From the NCBI RefSeq assembly GCF_036321535.1, contig NC_087437.1, positions 61,320,001 to 61,384,000 of the forward strand: a DNA stretch of 64,000 bases, in the 5' to 3' direction. Of the stretch, positions 31,551-44,490 are shown piece by piece. This DNA is from Camelus dromedarius. Taxonomy: Eukaryota. The position numbers and the translations under genes are program-made. The notes below the pieces were generated by a model. It worked only from the letters and a program-made list of their open reading frames with translations, ran no database searches and had not been told where the DNA came from. Within the stretch, counting starts at the first letter, position 1, and every line of letters starts with the position of its first letter.

Positions 31551-32610
31551 TGGCAGCTCCAAGTGTAATCCTAAAGAGCTGGCGGGCCATGGGTGGCCCT
31601 GCCTGGCTCCTGGAAGCCCTGCTCCTCTCCCTGCAGGGCTGTGCTCCCTGCCCTGCCCTCCCCAGGGAACTGTCATCCCTTCTAATGAACCCCCTGTTTT
31701 GAATAAACAATTCATTAAAATATATATATAAGGAATTTAATCACAACAGCTTTTATGATAGTGAACAATTGGGAACCATCAAAATGTCCTATAATAGGGG
31801 GTTGGTTAAATATAATTTTTTTTCATCCACAGACTGGGCTACAACACAGCAAATCGAACTATCCTTAAAAGAATATTCAATTAATATATTAAAAGTAATT
31901 GTTTCTTAGTGATAGGAGTGTAGCTTTATTTTAAACTACTGTATTTTGTTTTATTGCAAAATGGCTTCCTATTATAGTTTCTTTTCTAATTTTTTAAAAT
32001 TTTGGTAAAATACACATACAGTTTATGTATTTATTTATTAAAATAGCAGCCATCCTAATGGGTTCAAGGTGGTTTTGATTTGCATTTTCCTAATGATTAG
32101 TGATGTCGGGCATCTTTTAATGAGCTTGTTGGTCATGTCTTCCATTTTTCAGCCGGTTTGTTGGTTTTTTGTTTTCCTAACTGCCCTTGTACCTGACCCC
32201 GTGACCTGGAGCCTCCTCTCTCACCATCTGGCCTTAGGGATCCCGCATTCTGCCTGTCTCCAACCTTGCAACGTGAGCCTGGCTCTCCCTACACACATGT
32301 CAGCACCTTCTGCCCTAAAGGTTGGTCATTAACACCCGGTTCTCGGAGGAGAAGCCCCTCATATGTGGCTCTTGCGTCCCCACCAGGCTGGCTCTGCATC
32401 TGTGTGGAGGTCCTTGTGAAGGGCCGCCTTCCCCACGGCCTTCCCGGCCCCTCCAGCCCAGGCTGCCTCTTCCGCGTGCCCACGGCCGCAATCCTACCCA
32501 CATGGTTCATTCACGGGGGTCCTGTCTATGTGAGCCGCCACCTGGAGCAGTTTCTAGGCTCTTAGGGGCTCACAGTGAATGAGGGGAGGTGGCCACACAC
32601 ACAGATCCTC

Positions 32611-32752
32611 TTTTTCCTTTTTTAAAAAATTTAACCTTGCGTGGGGGCAGTAATTAGGTTTATTTATTTTGGGGGGAGGTACTAGGGATTGAACCCAAGA
32701 CCTTGTGCATGCTAAGCACGCACGCTGCCACATGAGCTACACCCTTAACCCC
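32611..32752 (-). mobile_element. tRNA-Ala-derived SINE (vic-1 type)
   Basis: A and B boxes on the minus strand; near-perfect flanking duplication CACAGATCCT/CACAAATCCT. Confidence 0.85.
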
Positions 32753-33794
32753 ACAAATCCTTATAATACGCTGAGCCGAGAGTTGTGACAGGACAGAGAG
32801 GGATGGGGCCCTGGCAGCACAATGGAAGAAATGCAGGGACCTCAAAGGATGAGCAGTTTCCAGGCACCGAAGAGGGAGGTTAGGAGGAACAAAGATCCGG
32901 AATCACACTCTGTGGTAGGACATGGTGGTTGGACAGGAGTGCAGGGAGGCAGCGGAGAGTCCAGAGGAAACGTTGGACAGACAGGTGGCCTAGGGGATGG
33001 TTTTGTTTCTGTAATTAGGTCTTAAGTTCCATAGAGCAGACCTGTATCTTACTCATCCTCTGTGCTCCAGAAAAGTGTGTCCCTTGGATTTCCTATTTGC
33101 TTTCGTCATTTTCTAAGCCAGCATTTCCCTGCCTGTTATTATACCTGAGTGGCTAATATTGGGTACTTAGAATACATTAATTGAAAAAAAAGAAAAAACA
33201 AGAAGAAAGGCTACATTAGTTGTAGTTACATAAGACATACACACTGTGGGGAAATCACTGCCTCCCCAGTCCCATCCTGCCCGGCCAGTACCACAGAGGC
33301 CGCTCGGGGCGGCGAGCATCCCTGTGTCCAGGGCGGGCCTCTGGAACCACTCAGCCTCGAGGGAAGGCACCCAGATCTCCTCCAGATCTCCTCGTGGCCT
33401 GCCAACTGCCCACCCCTCTCACTCGCTTCCCCTCAGAATCTCAGTGTTGACATTGGCCATGGAGCTAAGGGAGAGCTGCTCAGAGAAGGAAGGCAGAGGG
33501 GGCGGAGCATCAACGTCAGGCCCATGTTGGTTTAGCTGGAGGAGCAGTTTAGCTGCTGAAAGCCCTGGGGTTGTGAGTACTGTCATGTCATAGTTATTCT
33601 CTGTTTAACCACAGCCTAATGCACAGGTGAGAAGGCTAACAGCTTCCTTTAATATGCAATTGTTTCCTTTGTCTCATTTACACAGTTCCCATTTGGAATA
33701 ATTCTTATTTTTAACTTTTTAAAAAATTTCTCTACTAGGTGTTTTTAAATTTCAAGTGTTAAATATTTCCACATATATCATCCATCCATCCATC

Positions 33795-33889
33795 TTTTTT
33801 TTTTTTTTTTAAGGGAGGTCCTGGGGATTGAACCCAGGACCTAGTTCATGCTAAACATGAGCTCTACCACTGAGCTATACCCTCCCCCC
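33795..33889 (-). mobile_element. tRNA-Ala-derived SINE (short form)
   Basis: ggggattgaacccaggacc...ctctaccactgagctataccctcccc preceded by poly(T). Confidence 0.85.
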
Positions 33890-36800
33890 ATTTATTTTCT
33901 CATCAACAAATATTTCCTGCATTCCTATTGTGTACTTGGCGCTGTACTAGGAGTTAGAGGTATAGTCATGAGCAAAAGAGAAACGGGTTACTAGGCACAG
34001 AGCTTGCTTAAAGTCAGATAAGCTATTGTTCCAGCTATTGTCCTCCCACCAAAATAAAAGAGTGGCTTTTTCCCCCAAATAAAACATTTTCCTTCTTTGC
34101 TGAAAGAACACTCTCATTATAGAATTTCTGGAACATAGAAAAATAGAATCTTGAGCTCATTTGTAGCCTGACACTTGAATACAACCACTGTTTAACATCT
34201 TGGTGTTTGTCTTGTTTTTGCTTTTTATTTTTTTGACTGTACTCAACTTCGTCACAGTTTCATAAACATAGTCCATTGAGTACATGTGCCAAAATATTCT
34301 TAATCATTCTCCTTGGCTTGAATATAGAAGTTTTTGCTTCTTTTTTTTCACAATTCTTATTGCCAAAGCAAACTGTGCTAAATCTATTTAACCAACTCCT
34401 TTCAGTGCTTTGCATTTAATCTGGTGCATCCTTTAAAAAAAAAAAAAAGAATCAGTACCCATCATGCTATTTTAATAAAATATTTATTAAGGCTATCTAA
34501 ATATGAGAACCTTTTTTCTTGAACTTGCATATTTTGTTAAAAATAAAATCCTTAATGAAACTTGTACAAGCCTTATAGTACCTAATTCTCCATAAATATA
34601 GAAAGTTCAGGAAAGCCAGTATTTCTGCCACTAGTTGTACGACCCAGGGCAAGTCCCTGTCCTTCCCTGGATCCTAGTTTCACAGACCGTAAAGGAGGGG
34701 TTGGAAGAGGGTCCTTATCTGCTGCCTCAGTTATTCTGTGCTCTGCCCCTGGGAGGAGAAGGCGGATGCTTTAACTCTGCCCTCAGCTCCATCTGTGCGC
34801 CTCTCCCTTGTCCCTCTCCTCTTCTCCATCAAAAGGGCCCAGGGTTATAAGCAGAAGCCCAAGTTTAAATCCCAGCTCTGCTTCTCACATTCAACCTCAT
34901 TCCTGTCTTGTAAACTCTCAGGAGCATCAGTCTTCTCCTCTTGAAATGGGAGTGAGCTGTTGTGAGGGAGTCAACAGGTCAGGGCTTCCAGCTGGGAAGT
35001 CTTACCACCTTAACTTTTGCTTCTCCCCCAGAGCCCTACCTGGAGGGGAGTCCTCCTGCGCCCGCTGCCGTGTGCAGAGCACTGTGAAGAGAGAAGCCAC
35101 GGTCCCTCCCCGTGGGAGCTTATACATGGAGGGGTTCACAGAAGCGGTGGGTAAGCAAGTACCACGGCTGGAGGGCAGGCACAGCCAGGCTCTGAGTGGG
35201 CAGCTTGTGCAGCTGGTCTAGGAAGGACTGAGCAGACTTAGACACAGAGAGGCCCCAGGGCAGCCGCACCGAGGGCGCCAGGGCCAAGGCCGCCCGGTTC
35301 GGCGCAGGCCTTACCGCTCTCCCTCCCTAGCCTTTCAGACCCGGAGAGCCCTTGGGCTGCCTGTGCTCGCTCCATGGTCTATGGCCCGTTCGAGCCTTGT
35401 GCCCATCCGGGAAATTTTTTGTTTTGGTTGAATATTACGCTGTGAGACTCAAGTCTTGTTTAAAGTCTATGGAGAATGTTGTTTTTGTTTGCTTATTTTA
35501 GCAGTTGATTTACTACGACAAGTTCCTACTGGCCTGCCCTCAGCAGTGGTTCCAATGTCAGTTCAATTTTTCAAGTCTTCGCTGGTGATTGTAGTGCTAG
35601 TCAGACCCGCCCACCTGTGATCACCCAGGGGCCAGTTTGCAACCTGAGTGGCAGACTGTCCCTTTCCTTCGGTGTTTGGTGTGCTGTTTCGGGACAGATC
35701 CAGGCATGTGCAGTCTGGGACTGAGCCCAGGAGTTGCTCTACAGTGTTATAGGATTGATTACTGGAGCCTCCTCCTCTTCGCTGTCTCCTTGACACTTTC
35801 TGGTTCCCAGGTTCCCTGGCTTGAAAGCCAGGGCTTCGGTTTCCCTGCTCTCCCACACACTTCCCATGACAGCGATCCTCTGACCATGCAAAGGGGGAAC
35901 AGAGAGAGAAGGGGAGAAGCAGTGCGATTTCCCCCACACTTTGGGGGCCGCAGATTGTCTGGTCAGAGAGGAGTTCTCTGCGTTGGGGCTTTAGGTGCCT
36001 GTCCAGCTGCTGCCACTGCTGCTGTAGTTTTGCTGGGGATCTGGGGTGGGAGAGAATGAAAAACAATAGAAAATGTAGGAGATTCTCTCCACTCGCTCTA
36101 ACCCTCAGGAGCCCCCTTTCTGCTCCTTTGACCAGAAGTAGAGTTTCTTCGGAGAGCTTTCTGACCACAGCTCTGGGTTTCAGCTGTCCTAGTCCAGGCC
36201 TGGAGATGCCAGAGGAGAAAAGGAAAATTCAATGCTAGTTGGATGATACTTCAGGTTCTGGTTTTCTTCCCCATCCATCTGCCACCATTCACATCTCAAA
36301 GTCTCAAGCGGCAGGCCTTGGACCAGAATGGGGATCTACCTCCCAGCCTAGTGCGCCTGAGGGAGTTCAGGTGGGAGAAAGCCACACGCCAAGCCAGGAC
36401 TTCCCCTGGCCTAGAAAAGTCAGTTGGCCTTGTCACTTCATTAACTAACATCGCATACAAATCTGCCTCCGAAGCTAACACTGTCTTTATTGAGCTCCTG
36501 CTAAGCAGTCGGCACTTTCATAGACCCTATCTCATACAATAATCTCACAAACTGGAATTTATTGTTCCTATTTTATACTCAAGGAAATGGAAGCTCAGAA
36601 AAATTAGGTAATTTCCTCAAAGTTACCAGAAAGAGACAGCACCAAAATCCAAATTCAGATCTGGGCGACCACAGCACCCACATAGCTGCCTGCTGCATGA
36701 ACACCAGGCGGGGCTGCCAAGCTGGGTCCTGGAAGCCCAGTCCCGAGGAGAGTCAGAGTCAACTGAAGATGCCACGTGACTCTCCGGAACCTCTCCTGCT

Positions 36801-37113
36801 GGCCAGAGCTCACCTGAGGGGATAAGCTTGTGGGTTCCGGCCACTCTGGGCAATCCCTTAAAAGAATTTGTGCCACCCTCTGCCTCCACTGAGCCGGGTG
36901 ACCATACCTCCCAGTTTACCTGCACATCCCCGTTTATGCCCATCTCCTGTGTATTGTTAATAGCATCCTTGTTCACTCTCAAATGTGTCTGAGAACAGAC
37001 TCGAGTATAATAGCATCAGCTGGCCACTGGGGGGCGCTTAACCATGCCTCTGACCGTATCCTCAGCCCAGCCCTTTTCTCAGCACAGGACAGGCATGAGC
37101 CCCTCCAATGAAG

Positions 37114-37321
37114 CCTCAGGGGAGAGCCAGGTGAGGGCCCAGGCAGGGAAACAGAGTAGCCATTTTCTGTACAAATGGACATGTGCACACTTTCTGCATT
37201 TTCCCCACTGGGAATCTAGAAGCGTGGGTTCGCTTCCAGACTCCTCCACTAAACATCTGGGGAATCAAGATCCGTCAACGCCAAATAACTATCTAATTCA
37301 CTAAAAACCACAGTTGTTACA
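37114..37321 (+). repeat. Left arm of 208-bp inverted repeat
   Basis: Manual ungapped alignment to the reverse complement of 37982-38189: 14 mismatches in 208. Confidence 0.95.
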
Positions 37322-37981
37322 ACGAGACCAGAAGATGTTTCCTGAATCTCCTCTCAGCCTCTTCAGCCTCCAGAACCCCCAGAGGGCTTCTGGCAGGCTG
37401 CACGCTGCTGTGCCGAGGGCAGGAGCGCTGGAACCCGGAATCCTGGGTTCTCTGCTTGCCATCTCTGGCGAACTATTTAGAGTCCGAACTATTTAGTCTG
37501 TTTGAACTCTAGTTTTTTCATCCATAAAGTGGGCATAATAAAACATGAATTTAAGGTGGTTGTAAAGCTTCAACGGGATGTAGAATGTAAAGCACTTGGC
37601 ATAAATGGCTGTTTCTCCTTCTGCAGGGTGGAGAAGCTGGAGGAGAGGGATTCAGAAGAGGGTGTGGGGTTAGGGGGACTCTCTGCTGCAACAGAGCCCC
37701 ACTTGGTGGAAGTAATTTGCTAAAAAACATGCTCCTGGAACAGATGCTAAGGTCTCAATGAAAATGCAGCCATGACGGTAGTAGTGGCTACTGAGAGCAG
37801 TTCAGTTGTAACTCTGAGAAGAGCCCAGAAGATTATCCATTCTAAATTAGCAGTGCCTGAAGTTGTGGGTGACCTTCAGTTCCTAATTTTTTTTTAAATT
37901 TTTCAACTTTCTGAATCATATATGCCTGTGTGCATGATTTTATAACCAGAGGAAATCCAAACATTAAAGAAGCAGACTCAC

Positions 37982-38189
37982 TGTAATAACTGTGGTTTTT
38001 AATGAGTTAGATAGTTATTTGGCGTTGACGGATCTTGATTCCCCAGATGTTTAGTGGAGGAGTCTGGAAGAAAACCCAGGCTTCTAGATTCCCAGTGGGG
38101 AAAATGCAGAAAGTGTGCACGTGTCCATTTGTACAGAAAATGAGCACTCTGTTCCCCAACCTGGGCCCTTACCTGGCTCTCCCCTGAGG
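37982..38189 (-). repeat. Right arm of 208-bp inverted repeat
   Basis: See left arm; also visible as near-identical peptides in ORFs 37044+ and 37999-. Confidence 0.95.
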
Positions 38190-41100
38190 TTGGGACTGAG
38201 GCTTGAGGGCCCAGACTCTGGGCAAAAGCGGAGATTGTCCCCAGGACGGGGCAGCACACCCCGGGAAGGATGAGGCTGCTGTGGAGGGACCACCGGGGCC
38301 TCCTGCTCGGGACCCGGCCCTCCCCTCCTTGACCCAGAGACTCCTTGGCCCCCCGTCTCTGCGCATCTCTCCCAGTGATGCGTCAGCGAGGGCCTGGGTG
38401 CTGGGTGACACGGTGGAGGGGCAGCCGCAGAGGGGAAGAGGCCCAGAGTGGGTTAGGCACTCAGTGAGAAGGTAATGAATAAATACATGAGTGAATGAAT
38501 GAATTAAAGGATGGGCAAACAATGGCCAAAATCGTTTAGAGTCCGAGCAGAAGCCCAGCCCCCTGCATCTCTGAATGGACCATCTGGGTCTTGAGCTCCC
38601 TGAGGCCTCTGCTGTGATGGCCTCATAGCTCAGCTCCTTTTTCTGCCCAACCCTGCTTTTCCCACCCCTCACAGGGGTTTCCGGGAACATGCCCCAGTTA
38701 ACCACGGGCAAGGAAATCTCCCTCCCAGAGTGTTTCCTAGGAAACTCGACCTAAAACAATGCCCTAAAGTCATACAAAGGGGGAAGCATAACATAACAGA
38801 AAGCATATTGTCTGCTTGAACATGTGTGACTGACTGCACCAGGACATTGAGGCTGGCCTCTCCTGGGGACTTGTGAGACATGCAGATCTCAGTCCCCACG
38901 TTAGACCTGCTAGAATCCAAATCTGCACCTGAGCAAGGTCCCCAGGGGATGCATGTGGACAAAGCTAGAGCACATCCTTAAGAGACATCAGAAGAGTCAG
39001 GCCACTCAAATACCCTAAGTGGCGGCGCTGTCAGTGGTGAGATTTTCCTAAATCGATGAACAACTCTTGGTAAAGTGACAAACTAAGCACAGAAAATTCC
39101 CTCAATTCACCCTGTAGTTGCATTCCTGGAAACTTCAATGTGTCTTAAAATTGTGCAAGAACTCCCCTATTCTTGCATATGGAACAGAGGACATTTCCTC
39201 GTTTTGTATCACTGTGCTGTGTAGGGCTGGAGGTCCCTGGCCCCTGCCTGTGTCACAGGCGGCCTCTGGCACAGTGACCACTGAAAACACCCTGCACTGC
39301 CCAGACTGTCTACTGGGGGTCATTACTGTCCTCGCAGAGAACCACTGGTCCTCTAGAGAAAAACCTGGGCTGGGAACTTTACATGTTATTTATCCACTCC
39401 TCCCAGTAAGCGTAGGAGGTAAGTGTTATTTCCTCTCAGCTCAGAAAATCAAGTTCAGAGATGTTAAGCAATTTGTCAGTGTTTACACAGCTAGGAATTG
39501 AGGGAGCAGGCAAGGTTGAAACTAAGTCTGCCTGTCGCCAAAGCCCAGGTTCCCCTCTCTGGGTTGCTTTGCAGGTGTTTAGTTCATCGAGAGTTATATA
39601 GTCACCGGGGTGTGGCCAGGCTTGTTTTTAACAGAAAAGAACAAATCTTTGTTAGGGCTCACCCTCCATCTGGACACAGGCAACTGTAGGAACTTGAGGC
39701 TGAGAGCAGCGGGGCCTCCCTGGGAAACCCCCACCTGAACTGCCCTGTGCCCTCACAACCTTGGGTGGTGAGGGTGGGCAGATGGAACCATGGCCCCAGG
39801 CCCCCTTCCTCAGGAGTCACTTCAAGTGGCTGTCTACCCCAACACATCACAAACAGCAGGCTCGGATTGGAGGGGTGCCAGTGAGTGTCTCTGTGGGTCT
39901 CTCCCACCCCTCCCACCCTCTCCATCTGGGCTCCAGAAGAATCAAGGAGTGCTCCAGTATTCAGCTCAGATGCCATGCCCTTCACCTTGAACTAACTTGA
40001 CCTGAGTGAGACTTTGAAGGACAGCTACATTTGGCAGGTGTTCGTGGGAGCACACAAAGCCATGGAGGAAAGGACTGAGAAGAGAACACATTCTCCTGAA
40101 GTGTCAGCCTGGTGGAGGAGGAGGGCCGAGGGGCACCCTCTGTCTGTGTGCCTCTGCCCCCTGCTGGTAGAGTCCTGCTCCACTTCTTCAGTGAGTTGGG
40201 TTTGGCTGCGCCTGAACTTGTGTGAAAAAATGAACAGCATAAATGCGTTAGTCCCAGATCCTCCGAGAGCAGTCACTAAGGGCTGAGATAAAGAACCCAA
40301 GGACTTTATTTGGGGAAATGACTGTGTAAGAGAAAATAAGGAGGGAGATGGAGACACCAGGAGAGTCTCCAGGCCATCGTGCAAGCCTGAATATGAGTGA
40401 AGGAGAGAGGGAAGGAAGATTAAGTGGGGCATCCTAGACCCTCCGCCACATAGTCTACAGAAGGTTCGGCAAAGCCGTCAGGGAATCCTGGAGCCTGTGC
40501 TCTCAGGAATGGGGTAATGTCTCTGCCACGGTCATCACTGTCTGGGCGTTGGGGACACTGGAGGTTTTCTGCTCTGACCCCAAGGACACCCCTACACACA
40601 TCCACACAAATACTTCCATGGGTTTTGTAGGCCCTTCCCTCAGCCCAGGGTCCTGGCTCTGTCAGATTTTCCTCCTGCTGGAGTTGAGGAGACTTCAGGC
40701 GCATGTTGCAAGAGGAGAGAATGAAGGAAAATGGCCCTTCGTGTCCAGCCTCAAAAAGGCACATCACAAAACCAGCAAAGGTTTCTTTTGCCAGTATTGA
40801 CTGCCTCGCCACTTTGGTGCAAGATTATGCACAGAGTATCTCTATTTTGCCCACTCCATCTTCCTAAAGAGCCCCTCTAACAGGAAGAGCGTGGGGCAGT
40901 GTGAACACGGTGGTGGGTCATGCTTATGGGTTAGTAGGACAAACACCCGGAAGGTATGACTGCGGTCCACCTCGGAGGCCGCGGTGACGTGCTAGGCGGG
41001 GCTGCTTGGCAGGCTGGGCGCCCTCCGAGAAGGGTCATGCGGAGGGCAACGTGGTGGTGGGTAAACCAGAGGTGGGGAGTCTAGGGGATGATTAAGGAGG

Positions 41101-42267
41101 AGGCCCCTGCAAGGCCCCAGGGAGCAGTTCTGAGGGTCTGCACCATGGTGCTGAGCAGGAAGCAAGTTGATCTGTGACAGTCTTGCAGGGGAGGGAAGAG
41201 CCAGTGCAGGCCAAAACACCTCAGGGCAGCCAGTACCTCTCCTCTGGCTGTGAGCGCTGCTGGACCCCCACCCAGCTCCAGCCTCAACTAAACCCACTGT
41301 GGTCCCTACTTTCCTGTCTCTCCAGGACAGCTTGGCTCTGGTCATCACAGAGCAGCCCAGAGGCTGAGACCCCAAGCCAAGTTCTTCCTCCACCAGACTT
41401 CCTCCTGTCCTCCTTGTGACCCCAGCATCTCTGCCACCCCAGGCTCCCTGAGCCAAGTGACTAATGCCCAGAAACCTCCCTAGAGAGGGCAAGACCTGGT
41501 TGACCTCTGAAATCGAAACTAAACCTGAAAGGATGTGGTTTGCCACCGGGCAGCCTTTTGTCATGGCCCGGCCCGTGGGTGCTGGGAGACAGACCTGAGG
41601 CCAAAGGGAAAGAAGGAAGAGGGTCAAGGGTGAGAAGAGAGACAGGCAGAGGGAGTGGGTGAAAAGGGACACCAAGAGATTTCCTGCTCGACTGGGAGCT
41701 CCAGGAAGGCAGGAGCCAGGTTTGTCTCATGCCCCTGGGGCCTGGCTAGCAACTGGCACCTAGTAAGCACTCAGTGAACGTTTGTTGACGGATTGATTTT
41801 GAACAAGCACATCTAGGGTGGCTGCACAAAAGATGATGAAAATGGGGTTGGACGGAGAGGAGCTTTGTTTCTTAGGAGAAACACAGCCTCTGGGAATAAA
41901 TGGCAGGGGACTTTTTGTAGAATGGTGGTCATTTGAGACATCTAAGCAGAGCCATGCGACGGATCTAAAGTGTGCACTTCAGGGAGGGACCCCCAACTGG
42001 TTCTGTGGCTCACGGTCAGTTGCCAGTGTCCCATAGAGCATTCAAGGGGGAAGATGACAGAGGATGTGAAGAATGCTTTTCTGAGTGGTGCCGTGTAGTC
42101 ATTTCCTGCTGTGTGCTTGCCTCGTACATACTCCTTAAGGGGGATGCCTGTGTGGTCCTATATGGCAGCCACCAGCCACATGTGTGACCAAACTGAGATG
42201 TACAGTAAGTATAAAGTACACCTGGATTTCAAAGACTTAGTGTGGGAAAAATATTAATAATTTTTCA

Positions 42268-42356
42268 AATGAATATATGTTTGTATATGCATGCCTGCGA
42301 CATGGTGCTGTACACCAGAAATCGACACATTGTAACTGACTGCACTTCAATAAAAA
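42268..42356 (+). mobile_element. Very short L1 3' end inserted in an older MER3-like DNA transposon (~42150-42510)
   Basis: gctgtacaccagaaatcgacacattgtaactgac...aataaaa with flanking AATTTTTCA duplication. Confidence 0.7.
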
Positions 42357-43169
42357 AATTTTTCATATTGCTAAGGTGAAATGGTACTATTTTGGATACA
42401 GTGGGTTAAAGAAACTATATTGTTAAAGTGGTCTTCGCCTCTTTCTTGTTACTTCTAATGTGGCCATCAGAACATGTCAAATGGTGTGTGTCACTTGCCT
42501 ATTTCTCCTGGACACCACCGCCCTCACACTATTGCACATCTTGCTTTATCCCACGTAATATATTGTGGAAGTTGTTCCAAATGAATGCATATGGAGCTGT
42601 CTCATTCTTTCCAATGGTCACACCATGTACAATTGCGTAAAGAGGCTCTGATGAGGGTTCAACATGATGTATTCGCAGAGATGACAAAATCCCCAGGAAT
42701 TCACTGCTGGGAGCTGGGAGTCTTTCATGACACAGTTTAAAGGCACAAAGGGAATTCCAAGTGGGACCTTGCAGGTTGCAGGTAGTGAGGGGACTTAGGG
42801 TCAAATGTATGGACTGGTGAGCCGTCTACACAGAGAGGCCCAGATGCCATCGCAGGGCTGCATCATATGCTGAAGAGAACCAAGGCTCAGGTGTGGGGGA
42901 AAGCCCACAGTTGGGAGGGGAAAGAAGAGGAAGAGGAAACAGGAAAGAAGTGGACAAAGGACCAGGCAGAGTGAGAGAAGAGCCACGGCGGCCTGCAGCC
43001 ACCAAGGTCAGAGTGAAAAGTATTTCCTAAAAGAGGAGGGAGTCGGGCTGGAAGCATCACAGGCATATGAGCCCTTAACTTCTGCAGAGAGTCTTCAGGT
43101 TTGTGACTTTAAAAAAAGTCATTATGTGATTTTAAAGAAACAAAATGAAAGCTAGTTTCACACTGAACA

Positions 43170-44060
43170 TATATTAATCATTGTATATACAGTTACTGAG
43201 TCCCTTCTGTGTGCCAGGTCCTGTTCTGAGGTTGGGGTTCAGAGGAAAATAAGACAGGCAAGATGTTTGCTCTCAGGGAGTTTATATTTTAGTGTGGGGA
43301 ATAAGTAACAAACAGACAAACACATTGAAAATACTGCAAGTAGCTGTAAATGTCAAAAGTGAAATGTGATAGAGCGACTGGGGTGGGTGGTGTCATGGCC
43401 TCACCAAGGAAGCCTCTCTGTGGAGGTGATACTGAGTGAGATTTGAACAAGGAGGTGGGGTCAGCCACGTGGCCACCTAAGAGAGAGGTAAAAATGAGAG
43501 CAACCCAGTGTGCTAACTGCCATGGGAGGCTCGTGAAGGGTCTAAGCCAGTTTGGAGGGTGGGCAAGAGAGAAAAAGGGAAAATGGCCACCAAGGTGAGT
43601 TTTGGGTTGACCAGCTCCTACTTGTCTGGGGGACAACCTGGATGTCTCAGCACAGAGTTCAGTTGGCTGGAGTATGAAGTGCAAGATGAGGCTGAGGGCC
43701 AGGCAGGGCCCATGTCCTGAGGGGATTTGTAAGCCATGATGAGCAATTTGAACTTTATCCTGAGGGCCATGGGCAGACATGGAAGGGTTGTAAGATGGGC
43801 AGAGATTTGATCAGCTCTGAAAATCAAGACCGCTCCCACCATGACATGGAGAATGGATGGAAGGGATGGAGTTGGAGGCAGGGTGACTGTTCAGGGGGTT
43901 GGGGTCATCATCGGGGTGAGAGAGGAGGGTGTCCTGATCTGGGGGAGGGTCTATGACGACAGAGGAGAGGTTTGGAGAGAGAGAAACGACAAGACTTCTG
44001 TCTTCTCTGACTGGAGTACGAGGGTGAATGAGAGAAAAAGATGAAGGAAGACATCCCCAT
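43170..44060. mobile_element. L2 LINE fragment
   Basis: tgtgccaggtcctgttctgagg...tttgaactttatcctgagggccatggg L2-type sequence; boundaries approximate. Confidence 0.65.
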
Positions 44061-44144
44061 CTGGGGTTTGGAACCCTAGATGAAGGGAGCTACTCAGTAG
44101 ATACCCAAGAGAGACACAAGAGCAGGTTTGAGATAAACAAACTT

Positions 44145-44490
44145 GAGTATCTATACAATGGAATATTTTCCAGCCACAGAAAGAAAATGAAGTACTGACA
44201 AGGCTTACAACATGGATGAATCTTGAAAATTTATGCTAAGTGAGAGACGTCAGATGCAGAAGACCACATATTGTGTGGTTCCATTTCTGTGGAATATCCA
44301 GAGAACAGGCAAATCCATAAAGACGAGTGGCTGTTAGGGGCTGGGAGAGAGTAATGGGGAGTGACTCCTTCATGGGTACAGGGTCGTTTTGGGGGGGTGA
44401 TAAAAATTATTTGGAATTAACGATGGTTGCACAACATTGCAAATGTACTAAAACCACTGAATCGCACACTTTAAAATGGGTGAATTTAAA
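44145..44490 (+). mobile_element. Old L1M (L1MB-like) 3' end
   Basis: tatacaatggaatatt...catggatgaatcttgaaaa...atgctaagtga...cactttaaaatgggtgaattt. Confidence 0.75.

Noticed and set aside
37044..38259. Paralogous 86-aa ORF pair as duplicated protein genes
   Set aside because: The similarity is confined to the inverted repeat and lies mostly downstream of splice-donor motifs; no coding evidence.
41132..41156. REST/RE1 site
   Set aside because: Only the TCAGCACCATGG half matches; the GACAG half is not correctly placed.
40992..41675. 227-aa minus-strand ORF with a hydrophobic N-terminus
   Set aside because: The apparent signal peptide is just a translated polypyrimidine tract; non-ATG start; no recognisable family.
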